Shown here: one piece after another, positions 1 to 9,162 of the stretch
Numbering within the stretch: the stretch's first letter is position 1
Layout of the letters: the number at the start of each line of letters is the position of its first letter
Origin: a virus
Length of the DNA stretch: 64,000 nt
Direction: 5' to 3' (one strand)
Virus record (IMG/VR): IMGVR_UViG_3300031418_000005
Span: 182,338-246,337 of that record
Notes under the pieces: generated by a model
Told to the model about the DNA's origin: nothing
The model's database searches: none
The model's input: the letters and a program-made list of their open reading frames with translations, nothing else
Program-made: the position numbers and the translations under genes

Positions 1-668
1 TTCATACCCGGCAGTTGTTCAAGCGTACGGTTCAACTCACGCAGCTCAGTATCCAGAATATTCAACCGGTCAGCTAACTGATGACGTTCCTCACCGTCCT
101 GCACGACCCGCATCTTCAACTCGGCAATTTTGCGACTGGTGTGATCCATCGCGCCGTTTAAGTTGGTGAGGTTTTTGCGCAGGCGGGCATAGAAGCCAAG
201 CGCGTAGGTCAGGTCGGACGACGAGAGTTTGTTCAACCACTTACGACGCAAATCAGTACCAGCATCAGTAAGCAGAATTTCCCCGTTAATAAGTTCTTTG
301 ATTTCTTTGGTGAGACCCGTCAGTTCTTCGACGCGGGAGTTGTAGACTTTTGAATTGGCATTGTCTATCAGTTTTTCACCGGTGGTCAGGTTCTCAATGT
401 CACAGACGAGAGAGCTACCTTTACGTTTGACATGGAATTTGAAACGCTGGTCTCCCACGAGTGCATAGTTCGTGTAAGAGCCCCCGTCTCGGAATTCTGT
501 TTTGGAGGGTGCTAATGGCAGAAAGACAGACAGCAAGCTTGTCTTACCGCAGCCATTGCCACCAAGAATGATGGTAACGGTCGACTGGAGTGTGAAGTCG
601 AAAGTCTCGATTTCATGCAACCCCATACCGGTAAATCCTTTCAGAATGATACGCTCGACCTTTAGCAT
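1..668 (-). CDS. SbcC/Rad50/SMC-like ATPase (5' part; runs off the window start)
   Basis: Not in the ORF track. Manual translation from ATG at 668 gives MLKVERIILKGFTGMGLHEIETFDFTLQSTVTIILGGNGCGKTSLL, an SMC-type N-terminal beta strand plus Walker A GxNGxGKT. Confidence 0.85.
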   Translation of the reverse strand, partial: MLKVERIILKGFTGMGLHEIETFDFTLQSTVTIILGGNGCGKTSLLSVFLPLAPSKTEFRDGGSYTNYALVGDQRFKFHVKRKGSSLVCDIENLTTGEKLIDNANSKVYNSRVEELTGLTKEIKELINGEILLTDAGTDLRRKWLNKLSSSDLTYALGFYARLRKNLTNLNGAMDHTSRKIAELKMRVVQDGEERHQLADRLNILDTELRELNRTLEQLPGM

Positions 669-723
669 GGTTGCCTTCTAATGAAAAAGTATTAGTTTCT
701 ACATATCCATTAAAGTCAAGCGT

Positions 724-755
724 AAAAAAATAGAAGTGGAGACCCGAAGGTCTCC
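724..755 (-). terminator. Intrinsic terminator, UUCG tetraloop
   Basis: GGAGACC-CGAA-GGTCTCC (738-755) with an A7 run at 724-730, giving a U-tract on the minus strand. Confidence 0.8.
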
Positions 756-770
756 AACTATTTGATACCA

Positions 771-1379
771 TTACTCTTTGTACTTTTTGTAGCCGGACAT
801 CAGCCAGTAACTCTCTGCTTTTGACAGGTCGGACCAGGCTTTACCTGCGGGGCTCATTACTACCTCTGCTGTTTGTTCGCAGAGTAAGGCCGTCAGTTCC
901 GCAGTTTTGCCTGGTGCTACTTTATCCAGGTAAACCGGGTACAGATACGTCATGGGAATTTCTTCGTAGGGGAACGATTGGTGATTTTCTTCTTTCCACC
1001 CGTCAGCCGCATTACCCACAATCCAACTTACCGTCGTGGGTTTTTCCCCGATCCAGTTGACACGTTCAGCGATCATGTTGTCGCCCTGGATGTAGAAGAA
1101 CAGTACCCGGCGCGGTACATCCACACTTCCATTGGGTTCGATGGCCGTGAGGGCCTTAAACGGTGTGGTGTTTAGCGTGAGGTCTTGTTGGTTTTCCAGC
1201 GCCTCTTTTAATTTGGCGTACGCTTGTGGTGTGTATTTCTCAAAATACGCCACCAGGCGAGGGTACTCGAGAAAACCTTCAATTTCTTCTGCCATCAAAT
1301 CGATGTACAGCTTATTGGTAGGGGTAACTTCATTACCACGCATCGCTTCAATGAAACGTACCAATGTCAGTTCGTTCAT
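771..1379 (-). CDS. Hypothetical phage protein, 202 aa
   Basis: ORF with AAGGAA RBS, flanked by terminators. Confidence 0.75.
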   Translation of the reverse strand: MNELTLVRFIEAMRGNEVTPTNKLYIDLMAEEIEGFLEYPRLVAYFEKYTPQAYAKLKEALENQQDLTLNTTPFKALTAIEPNGSVDVPRRVLFFYIQGDNMIAERVNWIGEKPTTVSWIVGNAADGWKEENHQSFPYEEIPMTYLYPVYLDKVAPGKTAELTALLCEQTAEVVMSPAGKAWSDLSKAESYWLMSGYKKYKE

Positions 1380-1398
1380 ACTCGTTCCTTAATTAGTC

Positions 1399-1427
1399 AA
1401 AAAAAGAAGGTAGCCCGAAGGCTACCT
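1399..1427 (-). terminator. Intrinsic terminator, UUCG tetraloop
   Basis: AGGTAGCC-CGAA-GGCTACCT plus an A-run. Confidence 0.8.
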
Positions 1428-1433
1428 CTTAGA

Positions 1434-1937
1434 TTACAGCCCCATATGCATGAGCGAAAGAACGGGCACTTTCTTACCGTTAATCGTTGCATAAGGTTTG
1501 TACATGTCAGCGTTGCAGGTATACACCTGGTTGGCGGCAACGCGCTCACCACTGGACAGTTCCAGGATGTCTGCGCTGTTGTCCCAGAAGTCACTGATGA
1601 GAACGTGGTCAAGCGTTTCGTCATCCTGACGGTCTTGCACGCCGTACGTTACCGGACAGTTAGCACCAAGTGCCATCAAGACACGCTGGGCACCGAGGAT
1701 ACGGCGATAGTACACATCCAGTTGACGGCACTGTAACACGTCTTCCACCCAGGCGTAGTCAATGCTATTGGCCAGGGTGTGAACCGCTTCATCCCACTCG
1801 CTATACTGTTTGTGGCGAGTCAGGTCGTCGAGCTGGATCATCTTCCATGCGGTTGACAGCACAGAACGTAAGTAATCAGGGCGGGCGTTATGTTGGGTAA
1901 AGAACGCGATGCGGGTATCTTGAATTTGATTGTTCAT
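1434..1937 (-). CDS. Hypothetical phage protein, 167 aa
   Basis: ORF with strong TAAGGA RBS. Confidence 0.75.
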   Translation of the reverse strand: MNNQIQDTRIAFFTQHNARPDYLRSVLSTAWKMIQLDDLTRHKQYSEWDEAVHTLANSIDYAWVEDVLQCRQLDVYYRRILGAQRVLMALGANCPVTYGVQDRQDDETLDHVLISDFWDNSADILELSSGERVAANQVYTCNADMYKPYATINGKKVPVLSLMHMGL

Positions 1938-2076
1938 GGTTTAATCCTTAAGGTAATAGTCGATAGTGGGGGTCAAAAAGGACCGTGTAACCCGGAAGTT
2001 GTTGGGGACTTAGGTTACACGGTCAAGTAAGACGTTGTCGTGGACGTCTTACAGTTGGCACCTGTGTGTAGGCGGC

Positions 2077-2475
2077 TTAGTTTTCAAGTGGCACAGAGCC
2101 AACCGTCTTACCTTGCTGTTCTACGACGACTAAGTGCTTCTTCGTTTTAGTGTTCTTGGCAAGCGTGACCTTGAGTGTCGGGTCACAAGTTACCGTGTCA
2201 ACTGGGATGATCTCTTTCGCTGCTGAATCTAACACGAAGTAATAACCGGCTGGGCATGACGCACCTCCGTCGGCTTTCACCAGAATGAAGTGGTCGTGTT
2301 GTCCCAGTTCGCTACACACGTCCGCCTGGGTCGTGCACACTTCGAACGACGGCGGATTATAGCTATACGGTGTATCGGCAAGAAGTAAATCACTGACTGA
2401 GGTTGATGCAGTCGCGCTGACAGTGGACACCGCGAACGCAATAACGAACAGGATACAACCAACAACTCCACGCAT
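2077..2475 (-). CDS. Secreted/periplasmic Cys-patterned protein (paralog family S)
   Basis: N-terminal signal-peptide-like segment; F-x-x-C..C..CPxG..C pattern shared with neighbours. Confidence 0.75.
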   Translation of the reverse strand: MRGVVGCILFVIAFAVSTVSATASTSVSDLLLADTPYSYNPPSFEVCTTQADVCSELGQHDHFILVKADGGASCPAGYYFVLDSAAKEIIPVDTVTCDPTLKVTLAKNTKTKKHLVVVEQQGKTVGSVPLEN

Positions 2476-2487
2476 GGTAAAAGTCCT

Positions 2488-2901
2488 TTAATAATTAATT
2501 GGATTAACCCCAACGTTCTTACGATTCGTTGGGTCGTACAAGATGACGGTCAACGTGTTGTCCTCGGGAGAGCGAGCAAAGTCGGCTACCGCTTCACCGT
2601 GGCACGTTTGATTGTCGTTATACATCATTATCTTTGCCTTACCGTTAGTAAGGTTGATAACCCCGTACTGCGGGTCAGGACACCCCGTACCACCGAGTAT
2701 CTTCACCAACGCATAGCGGGCGTTATCAGAGATAGTGACAACACTACACGACTTATCCGCAATATCGCTATTCTGGCACCAGAACAACGAACCGTCCGAC
2801 ACGTCGGTAACCTGCCTTGGCAATTCAACCGTCGGTGCTGCAGCGTTAGCAAAGAAGCTTGCCAGTGCAGCGATTAATAATGGAAGCATGAAATGTTTCA
2901 T
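2488..2901 (-). CDS. Secreted/periplasmic Cys-patterned protein (family S), 137 aa
   Basis: Likely start MKHFMLPLLIAALASFFANA (Sec signal, AxA site) at 2901; FWC..C..GCP..C pattern. Confidence 0.75.
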   Translation of the reverse strand: MKHFMLPLLIAALASFFANAAAPTVELPRQVTDVSDGSLFWCQNSDIADKSCSVVTISDNARYALVKILGGTGCPDPQYGVINLTNGKAKIMMYNDNQTCHGEAVADFARSPEDNTLTVILYDPTNRKNVGVNPINY

Positions 2902-2923
2902 GATTACACCCTTAAGTAGGAAA

Positions 2924-3409
2924 CTACTCCGTAACGTATTGTAACGATTCCACTGGCATGTTATTGAAATACATGACCACATCAGCCAGGGACTGTGGAT
3001 TTTGGGATTGAACAAACCCCACTTTAAAGTTACCGCGACAGTAGTCGGCAAAACTGACTTTATCACTCGGATAAAGCGTCATGGCGACACCAGACAATCG
3101 GTCGACAATCCCCCAGACGCCTTTCGGACAATTGGCATCTGGACGAGGTTGGTTCACGATTGCAATTCGCTTGCTAGGCGAAATGTCGACAACGCGACAT
3201 GTTTTGTGGAGCAAACCATACTGGTTACACCAGAAGGGCTTACCCGTGCTGGACTCTTTGGTGATGGCCGGGATACCGCCTGAGACACTCCCTGACCACC
3301 CATTTTCAACGTTCGCGTTGGCCTGACGGGCACAGGCAACCACACCCATCAGGAACAACGTAAACAGTATAACTTTAACGGCGTACTTGCTTATGCGAAT
3401 TGATCTCAT
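2924..3409 (-). CDS. Secreted/periplasmic Cys-patterned protein (family S)
   Basis: Signal-like N-terminus; FWC..TC..NCPKG..YC; start at MRSIR chosen after a GGAG RBS. Confidence 0.7.
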   Translation of the reverse strand: MRSIRISKYAVKVILFTLFLMGVVACARQANANVENGWSGSVSGGIPAITKESSTGKPFWCNQYGLLHKTCRVVDISPSKRIAIVNQPRPDANCPKGVWGIVDRLSGVAMTLYPSDKVSFADYCRGNFKVGFVQSQNPQSLADVVMYFNNMPVESLQYVTE

Positions 3410-3809
3410 CTTTGATATCTCCACGATTGAGAGTTACTCTCCCAACCATGGTCGCATTGTGGAAGAAATCAATGGCGACGAGATTGGGCAGCTCGAGAGG
3501 CTGTACACTCACGGAGGTAATATCCGGTTGGGTACAGCTGATGTCGTATAGCCGCTGATAGACTTTATGTCCGCGGCGTTTGTCTGCGTCTTCAATGACC
3601 AATCCCGTACACTTACCTGCTGCCATGAGCTTATAGATGTTAAGCGTCTCTACCTTTCGAAGCAGTACCGGTTCTTCGTCCGGATTCAGCATCGATGCTT
3701 CGTCAGCAGGTATAGAATCTGCCAACGCTTTCTCAGGATAGATGTACGTCGCCGCAACACCAATAATACAAACAGCAATAACCACTTTCAGGAAAGTTTT
3801 GATTTTCAT
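3375..3809 (-). CDS. Secreted/membrane-anchored protein, possibly distant family S
   Basis: MKIKTFLKVVIAVCIIGVAA signal/TM segment; two Cys in the mature part. Confidence 0.65.
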   Translation of the reverse strand: MKIKTFLKVVIAVCIIGVAATYIYPEKALADSIPADEASMLNPDEEPVLLRKVETLNIYKLMAAGKCTGLVIEDADKRRGHKVYQRLYDISCTQPDITSVSVQPLELPNLVAIDFFHNATMVGRVTLNRGDIKDEINSHKQVRR

Positions 3810-3828
3810 ATTCTTCTCAATAGTCGAA

Positions 3829-4068
3829 TTAGTTAACAAGTTTATAATGCGCCACATCAAAACGTTTTGTTTCGAATGTGGTCAGGTGTGTTGCGAGGAT
3901 AGTCGTAGTGAGTGGGATTCTACAGTCCCTTACTTCACGACTAATGGGCAATACATACCCGTCTGGATAGGCGACAAAGTGCATCACATCATCCAGCTCT
4001 TGGCTACAATAAATAACTCTGTAGCGATCCACAGTCTTACCAACACGATCCGCGATGATAAGTTCCAT
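3829..4068 (-). CDS. Hypothetical protein, about 79 aa
   Basis: ORF from MELIIAD, downstream of a terminator. Confidence 0.5.
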   Translation of the reverse strand: MELIIADRVGKTVDRYRVIYCSQELDDVMHFVAYPDGYVLPISREVRDCRIPLTTTILATHLTTFETKRFDVAHYKLVN

Positions 4069-4092
4069 GATAGTCCCCGGTGAAATAAATAG

Positions 4093-4118
4093 AAAATAGG
4101 CGACCCGAAGGCCGCCTA
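4093..4118 (-). terminator. Intrinsic terminator
   Basis: TAGGCGACC-CGAA-GGCCGCCTA plus A-rich flank. Confidence 0.7.
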
Positions 4119-4122
4119 ACAA

Positions 4123-5409
4123 TTAGCTTGGTAAGCGCCAGAAAGTGCGCGCTTCAGGGTGCCAATCCAACCCTGCGGCAATATGATCCTTGAAGAAATC
4201 ATCAAAGCTGTAAACTAAAACATACCGCTTAAATGATTTACGTTCAGTCACTGTCAAGGAGAGGGTCGTGCTATCAATGAAGCGGATATCACGTTCCCAG
4301 TCACCTTTGTTGTAACGAATCAGATCACTAAAGTAGTTATCCAGCCATTTCTGGAAGTCTTCCAGTAATCCAGCCACTGCCCGCAGCGGGAGAAAACCAT
4401 CGTTGCGTGTCGGCAACTTCGCATCGTTTGCACGAGTCAGTGTCGCGAACATAAGCTGCGAGAGGTTTTGCTGGAAGGTGTTAAACTCCGCATCGAGACT
4501 TTCTTTGTCGTCCATTGCGTCGATGGATTCAACAAACAGGTCACGAAGCCCCTCTTCCTCTTTAACCTCGGTCGTTGCCCATTCTTGCGGGGCAGGTAAC
4601 CAGAAGGGATACGCCGGATCAGCTGAGTTAATCTGATGGAAACGCGAAGCTGCCACCATATCCGAAATGGCGATGAGGAACTCGTAGCAATGGCCCGGAA
4701 TTTCCACACCTACCACAATGTGCGTGGCTTCTTCCAGCGTGCAGGGTACACGTTCCAGCGGCTGAGTATCGGTTTTCGGATACTCTTTGAGGTCAATCCA
4801 CTTGTAGCGCAGATTCTCGACCTCACCACTAAAGTAACGGGTGACATGTCGCAGATACGTTTTTGCTGAACGCAGAATTTGCTCGCGCGGTGTTGGGACA
4901 TTGAAGTCACGTACTGCACGTTCTTCTACGCTCGGCGGCCGGATACCTTCAATAGCGTTCATCAGGTCTTTAGGGAACGGTGCCGCTTTGGGTGTATCCT
5001 TTATTGTTGACAGCGTATCGCCTAAAGCCATTTTATCTTCGGCCATAGGCATCTTATCGCCCGGCACCCAGAAATACTTGTCGTAGGCGAATTCCGCAAA
5101 CGTGCCGTGCGTCAGCATGTAAGCAATTTGCTCGTTACTAAACGTCACCACTTCCTTCTTCAGTTCAGGGTGCTCGTTCTGTGTGCGAACAGTAACCCCA
5201 AACTGCATGTCTGCTACTTCCCAGGCGATCTCCTGCACCTGAAGATTTTTCATTCCTACCCAGCTGGCCAGGCCGTCGATAAACTTCTGACGTTTCTGGA
5301 AGGTGGATACCACCCCATCGGTTTGTGTGGGGATGTTGCAACTTTCCACGATCAATTTAAAACCGGGAAGTTCTAACTCTTTAACAAAAATATCTGTATT
5401 CCAAACCAT
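4123..5409 (-). CDS. Hypothetical early protein, 428 aa
   Basis: Start MVWNTD at 5409 with AAGGAG RBS; lies just downstream of an early promoter motif. Confidence 0.75.
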   Translation of the reverse strand: MVWNTDIFVKELELPGFKLIVESCNIPTQTDGVVSTFQKRQKFIDGLASWVGMKNLQVQEIAWEVADMQFGVTVRTQNEHPELKKEVVTFSNEQIAYMLTHGTFAEFAYDKYFWVPGDKMPMAEDKMALGDTLSTIKDTPKAAPFPKDLMNAIEGIRPPSVEERAVRDFNVPTPREQILRSAKTYLRHVTRYFSGEVENLRYKWIDLKEYPKTDTQPLERVPCTLEEATHIVVGVEIPGHCYEFLIAISDMVAASRFHQINSADPAYPFWLPAPQEWATTEVKEEEGLRDLFVESIDAMDDKESLDAEFNTFQQNLSQLMFATLTRANDAKLPTRNDGFLPLRAVAGLLEDFQKWLDNYFSDLIRYNKGDWERDIRFIDSTTLSLTVTERKSFKRYVLVYSFDDFFKDHIAAGLDWHPEARTFWRLPS

Positions 5410-5509
5410 GGTATTCTCCTTTGGCAATCCACACTGGCTGTCCAACGTATTTGGGACAGGGGTAAGTACAGGCGATTGCCGGGTTATAAAAGCATTGAGA
5501 CATTCAATG

Positions 5510-5536
5510 CTCACCTAAGTAATATATATCTGAAAT
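5510..5536 (-). promoter_or_regulatory. phiKZ-like early (virion RNAP) promoter
   Basis: Minus strand ATTTCAGATATATATTACTTAGGTGAG contains TATATTAC; identical 27-mer at 54423-54449. Confidence 0.75.
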
Positions 5537-5539
5537 GAT

Positions 5540-6112
5540 TTATATTACGAATGCGGTTGCGGTACGTTTAAAGCCCAGTTTCTTTAAGCGAGCCGACACC
5601 ATATTGTATTCGGTGCCAGCAAAGCCGTAGGTGCGAATCAGCATCATGTTTAAATCCGGATGCCCTTCGACCAAATCCAGTTTCATCTTCCACATCCCGT
5701 CGATGTAGAGATTGAGTGGGGTGAGTTTCAGGCCCAGACGGGCTTTCTCCGGTACCCAGATACGGAAACGAATACGCCCGTACACACTCTTGACCAACCC
5801 CGGCGGGAGGAGCAGAAAGGCTTCTAAATAGCAGCGGTCTTTGCTGTACTCTTTGAAGACCTCGAGTTTAATCTCGCCTTGCAGCTCATCGCTCCAGTAA
5901 ACCGGACGGATGGTGTGCAGCAGACCCTGCGCTTCGTCGACAAAAATCCCCAACGGCAAATTGGTGGCCGGATCATTCAGCGTAAGCACGCGGTTCGTCG
6001 GGTCGTTAAACAGGATAGACACGCTGGATAACGTTGCCCCTTTCGGCAGGTGATCGCCTTTCGCCCAGTTCTTTAATTGGGTGATATTCTCGTGCAGCTG
6101 AAGTTGTAACAT
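5540..6112 (-). CDS. Hypothetical protein (paralog family L), 190 aa
   Basis: AGGAG RBS; LPLGIF..GLL..EVFKEY motif. Confidence 0.75.
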   Translation of the reverse strand: MLQLQLHENITQLKNWAKGDHLPKGATLSSVSILFNDPTNRVLTLNDPATNLPLGIFVDEAQGLLHTIRPVYWSDELQGEIKLEVFKEYSKDRCYLEAFLLLPPGLVKSVYGRIRFRIWVPEKARLGLKLTPLNLYIDGMWKMKLDLVEGHPDLNMMLIRTYGFAGTEYNMVSARLKKLGFKRTATAFVI

Positions 6113-6146
6113 TTTCGATGCTCCTACAATAATTTAACTTAAGTGT

Positions 6147-6182
6147 AAAAAAAGAGAAAGACAAGGACCCGAAGGCCCTTGT
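6147..6182 (-). terminator. Intrinsic terminator
   Basis: ACAAGGACC-CGAA-GGCCCTTGT plus an A-run. Confidence 0.7.
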
Positions 6183-6191
6183 CGGTATAAC

Positions 6192-6728
6192 TTACAGCTC
6201 AACTTTCTCAATGAAGTTGATGCGTGCAGGGTGGAACGTGTGATACGCGATTGCGCCGGGATACGGGCCATGCACTGCGTGCAGCGCACCGTCGTAGTTG
6301 TTCATCACCAGCATTTCGTGAATTGTGGTGGTGTTGTAGGCTTCTTCTGCCCACACCGGCAGTTTGTCGAACTCTTTCGGGAACTGATGGAGCACTTCCA
6401 TGACGCCCAGTCCCGGATGACGTTCCTGCACACGCTCCCACTCGTTGGTTTCTGCCAGCTCAACCTGCAAGCCTGCAGCCACCGCTTGAAACTGGTGCGG
6501 AGAGAGGATATCGCGGAAGTCACCAATATCCACGAACGGGTCAGCGCTGTCGTTCGTGAACAGGTTACTGATAGTCACATTGACTTTACTGATGTGCTGG
6601 CCGGTTTGACGCCCGCGCGCAATTTCGATTGCGGTGTCTTTGTCAGCGTAGATAACCTGAGACAACATCAGGTTAGTGTCAACAAAAGGTTGCGGGGTAA
6701 CAACATAGCCTTCGTATTGCATTCTCAT
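6192..6728 (-). CDS. Hypothetical protein, 178 aa
   Basis: AAGGAG RBS; 4-nt overlap with the upstream gene. Confidence 0.75.
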   Translation of the reverse strand: MRMQYEGYVVTPQPFVDTNLMLSQVIYADKDTAIEIARGRQTGQHISKVNVTISNLFTNDSADPFVDIGDFRDILSPHQFQAVAAGLQVELAETNEWERVQERHPGLGVMEVLHQFPKEFDKLPVWAEEAYNTTTIHEMLVMNNYDGALHAVHGPYPGAIAYHTFHPARINFIEKVEL

Positions 6729-7288
6729 TCTCCTTTAAGGATGTACTCTTTCATGTTGAGTACATATTCGGTTTGGGCATCAACGTAATCTAACAAAGCT
6801 TGTAAATCTAACCCGTTGGGGTTCTTAACATAAATCAACGGAGGGTTGACCGCATCGATCACCTCCTCCAGCAATTCCAACACCGGCTCCAGCACGTTAC
6901 TACTGATGGTGATGTGGCCTTCCCGCTCGACGTTCATGTCAATGTTCGGGTTGTGTAGCGAGATCACGTTCGGTTCCATGTTGGCCATCCGGGTTTCACT
7001 TTCAAGGATGACTTTCAATTTACCGTGGGGGGTTTTACGGCGGGCATAGTCTTTGAACAGCGCGGGGTCAACTTCACTTACCCCGAGAGAGACTTCAACC
7101 AGCACCGGCAACAGGCCATCGTTGATACGATAGAAGATACCGCGCGGTAAGCGTTCTTCTTTCGACCACAACAGCACCACCATCACATCGTTCTGTTCAG
7201 GTAAGTCTTCAGTGATTGACTCGAGGCCGTCTTCCGCTTTCAGGGATTCCAGCCAGACGTCTTTACGAATTTCAATTAAACGTAACAT
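6725..7288 (-). CDS. Hypothetical protein (family L), 187 aa
   Basis: LPRGIF..DGLL..EVDPALFKDY motif. Confidence 0.75.
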   Translation of the reverse strand: MLRLIEIRKDVWLESLKAEDGLESITEDLPEQNDVMVVLLWSKEERLPRGIFYRINDGLLPVLVEVSLGVSEVDPALFKDYARRKTPHGKLKVILESETRMANMEPNVISLHNPNIDMNVEREGHITISSNVLEPVLELLEEVIDAVNPPLIYVKNPNGLDLQALLDYVDAQTEYVLNMKEYILKGE

Positions 7289-7297
7289 AGCGGTTCC

Positions 7298-7879
7298 TTA
7301 CGGGATATAGACGGCGCGGTGTTGCTGATAGCCATGCTGCTCAACCAGATGGCGAGAGATGGTGTGTTCAATAGCCGGGTTATAGCAGACCAGATGAATC
7401 TCCTGCCCGCGGGTCACCGACGGCAACACGCTGTCCAGCCAATCTATCCCACCTTTCTGTACAAACGTGTCTTGCGTAATGGTGAAAGGTTGGAAACGCT
7501 CAACCGGGCGCTCGTCCTCATCCAACTGCGTGAAACGTTGAATCGCCGGACGGCAGCCGTTCACCATAATCGAGCGCGCAAAGTCGAAGGTCACGAGATT
7601 GACCTTTTTCAGGTACGCATCTTTGTAACGGCGCAGTAAACTGACATCAACTTCCAGCGTACTGGAGGTGACGTTGGTTAAGCAGCACATCTTCATCGCC
7701 CCTTCTTCGATGTTCGTTTTCACAAACACCATCAACGGTAGCTTGTCCTGCTGGAACACCATCAATTCCGCGTCCTGATACTTCTCGCAGACTTCAACCA
7801 CCCGTGGAGCCTTCACGCCGTAACGTTCTTTCAGCTCTTTGAAATCCATTTCACGCTGTTCGATGATAACCTTAGCCAT
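7298..7879 (-). CDS. Hypothetical protein (family L), 193 aa
   Basis: LPLMVF..EVDVSLLRRY motif; GAGG RBS. Confidence 0.75.
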   Translation of the reverse strand: MAKVIIEQREMDFKELKERYGVKAPRVVEVCEKYQDAELMVFQQDKLPLMVFVKTNIEEGAMKMCCLTNVTSSTLEVDVSLLRRYKDAYLKKVNLVTFDFARSIMVNGCRPAIQRFTQLDEDERPVERFQPFTITQDTFVQKGGIDWLDSVLPSVTRGQEIHLVCYNPAIEHTISRHLVEQHGYQQHRAVYIP

Positions 7880-8550
7880 TATGCCACCTCTTTACGGATA
7901 GCAAGTTTGGCACGGAACAGAATCTGGTTACCGTACTGCTCGACTTCATACCAGCCCAACCCTTCGGCCATCTTTTTAAGCTTGTCGAACTCCCAGTATT
8001 CCGGGTAGTGCCCACCGAAGATGTTCCGCACATCTTTCGCTGACATCAGATAGCAGGGTTCGTTAATAGAGCGGCTGTCAACATCCGGAATGTATTGCTT
8101 GGTATGTTGCGGTAAACCCCGCGGGAAGGTTTCGCCACGAATGTGCAGCGAGTGAACCGGACCGTTGTCTGCCTGCACCCAAATCACAAAGACGGCTTGC
8201 GGCCCATAGCCAATCCCTTCGGATGCAAGCCACGTATTGACCCCCACGCGCACCTGTTTGATGTCCGCCAGCTCTTGCAGACGAACCATGATCAGTGAAA
8301 CGGGTGGAATACGTAACATCTGGTCTGTCGGCGGTTGCCAGTCGATGTGGTCAACTAACGCCGGGGAAAGTGTTTCGGGCGACCAGTCAGTGCGGGACTG
8401 CACTGCCAGTCCCGGCTGCAAATAGGCATCGGCTGCATCTTCCAGCAGTGGCTGCAGTAGTTCCACTACACGGCCCTCGGCTTTCTGAGGGTCTTGCACC
8501 AGAATCATTAAAGCTTTTGCAGCCATTTCAATCATTTCTTCACGTTTCAT
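7879..8550 (-). CDS. Hypothetical early protein, about 223 aa
   Basis: Likely start MKREEM at 8550, downstream of a promoter-like motif. Confidence 0.7.
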   Translation of the reverse strand: MKREEMIEMAAKALMILVQDPQKAEGRVVELLQPLLEDAADAYLQPGLAVQSRTDWSPETLSPALVDHIDWQPPTDQMLRIPPVSLIMVRLQELADIKQVRVGVNTWLASEGIGYGPQAVFVIWVQADNGPVHSLHIRGETFPRGLPQHTKQYIPDVDSRSINEPCYLMSAKDVRNIFGGHYPEYWEFDKLKKMAEGLGWYEVEQYGNQILFRAKLAIRKEVA

Positions 8551-8632
8551 TCTTTCTTTCCTGTAAAATACACTAAGTGACCGAAAAGCTGTGGCTAAAG
8601 CACAGTCGGTATTTAAGCGATAAGGAACATCA

Positions 8633-8660
8633 CTCACTAGGATGATATATATCTGTGAAA
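8633..8660 (-). promoter_or_regulatory. Early promoter variant
   Basis: Minus strand TTTCACAGATATATATCATCCTAGTGAG, similar to the 5510 motif. Confidence 0.6.
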
Positions 8661-8668
8661 ACTTGTAA

Positions 8669-8986
8669 TCAGTTGGCGATAATGACGACCGCGTCGTCCA
8701 GAAGCAGGTTCAGGGTCGAGTAATTATTCACCATGTTCAGATAACGCGTGCCTTTTTCGAACTGGTCAAACGTGCCATCGGGTATGACAATAATAGCACA
8801 GCTCACCACCCGACTCTCGAGGTCGTGATAAAATTGGTCGACTTCCCCGACCTTGTAAACCCGGATACGTTGACGGTCGGCCAACACCCCGTCCAATTTA
8901 CCCGCTGCCGCGGTTTTAATAGCCGCTACCGCCGCGTCACTTTCCTGACGATTTAAATGGTTACTGACAACTTCAAATAAAGCCAT
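8669..8986 (-). CDS. Hypothetical protein, 105 aa
   Basis: ORF with AAGGAA RBS. Confidence 0.65.
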   Translation of the reverse strand: MALFEVVSNHLNRQESDAAVAAIKTAAAGKLDGVLADRQRIRVYKVGEVDQFYHDLESRVVSCAIIVIPDGTFDQFEKGTRYLNMVNNYSTLNLLLDDAVVIIAN

Positions 8987-9162
8987 AACTGTTTTCCTTG
9001 GTAAAGTCGAATAAGGATGTCACTACGTTCCTTGGAACAAGGATGTCGGTGACCGTTGTCACCTCCGCTAATAGATCCCCCCGGTCCCCCAGGTATACCT
9101 CCCTAGCAAACGAATAATCCGAAACGTAAAAAAGAAGATAGTATGACAAAGAGGAGCGCAGC

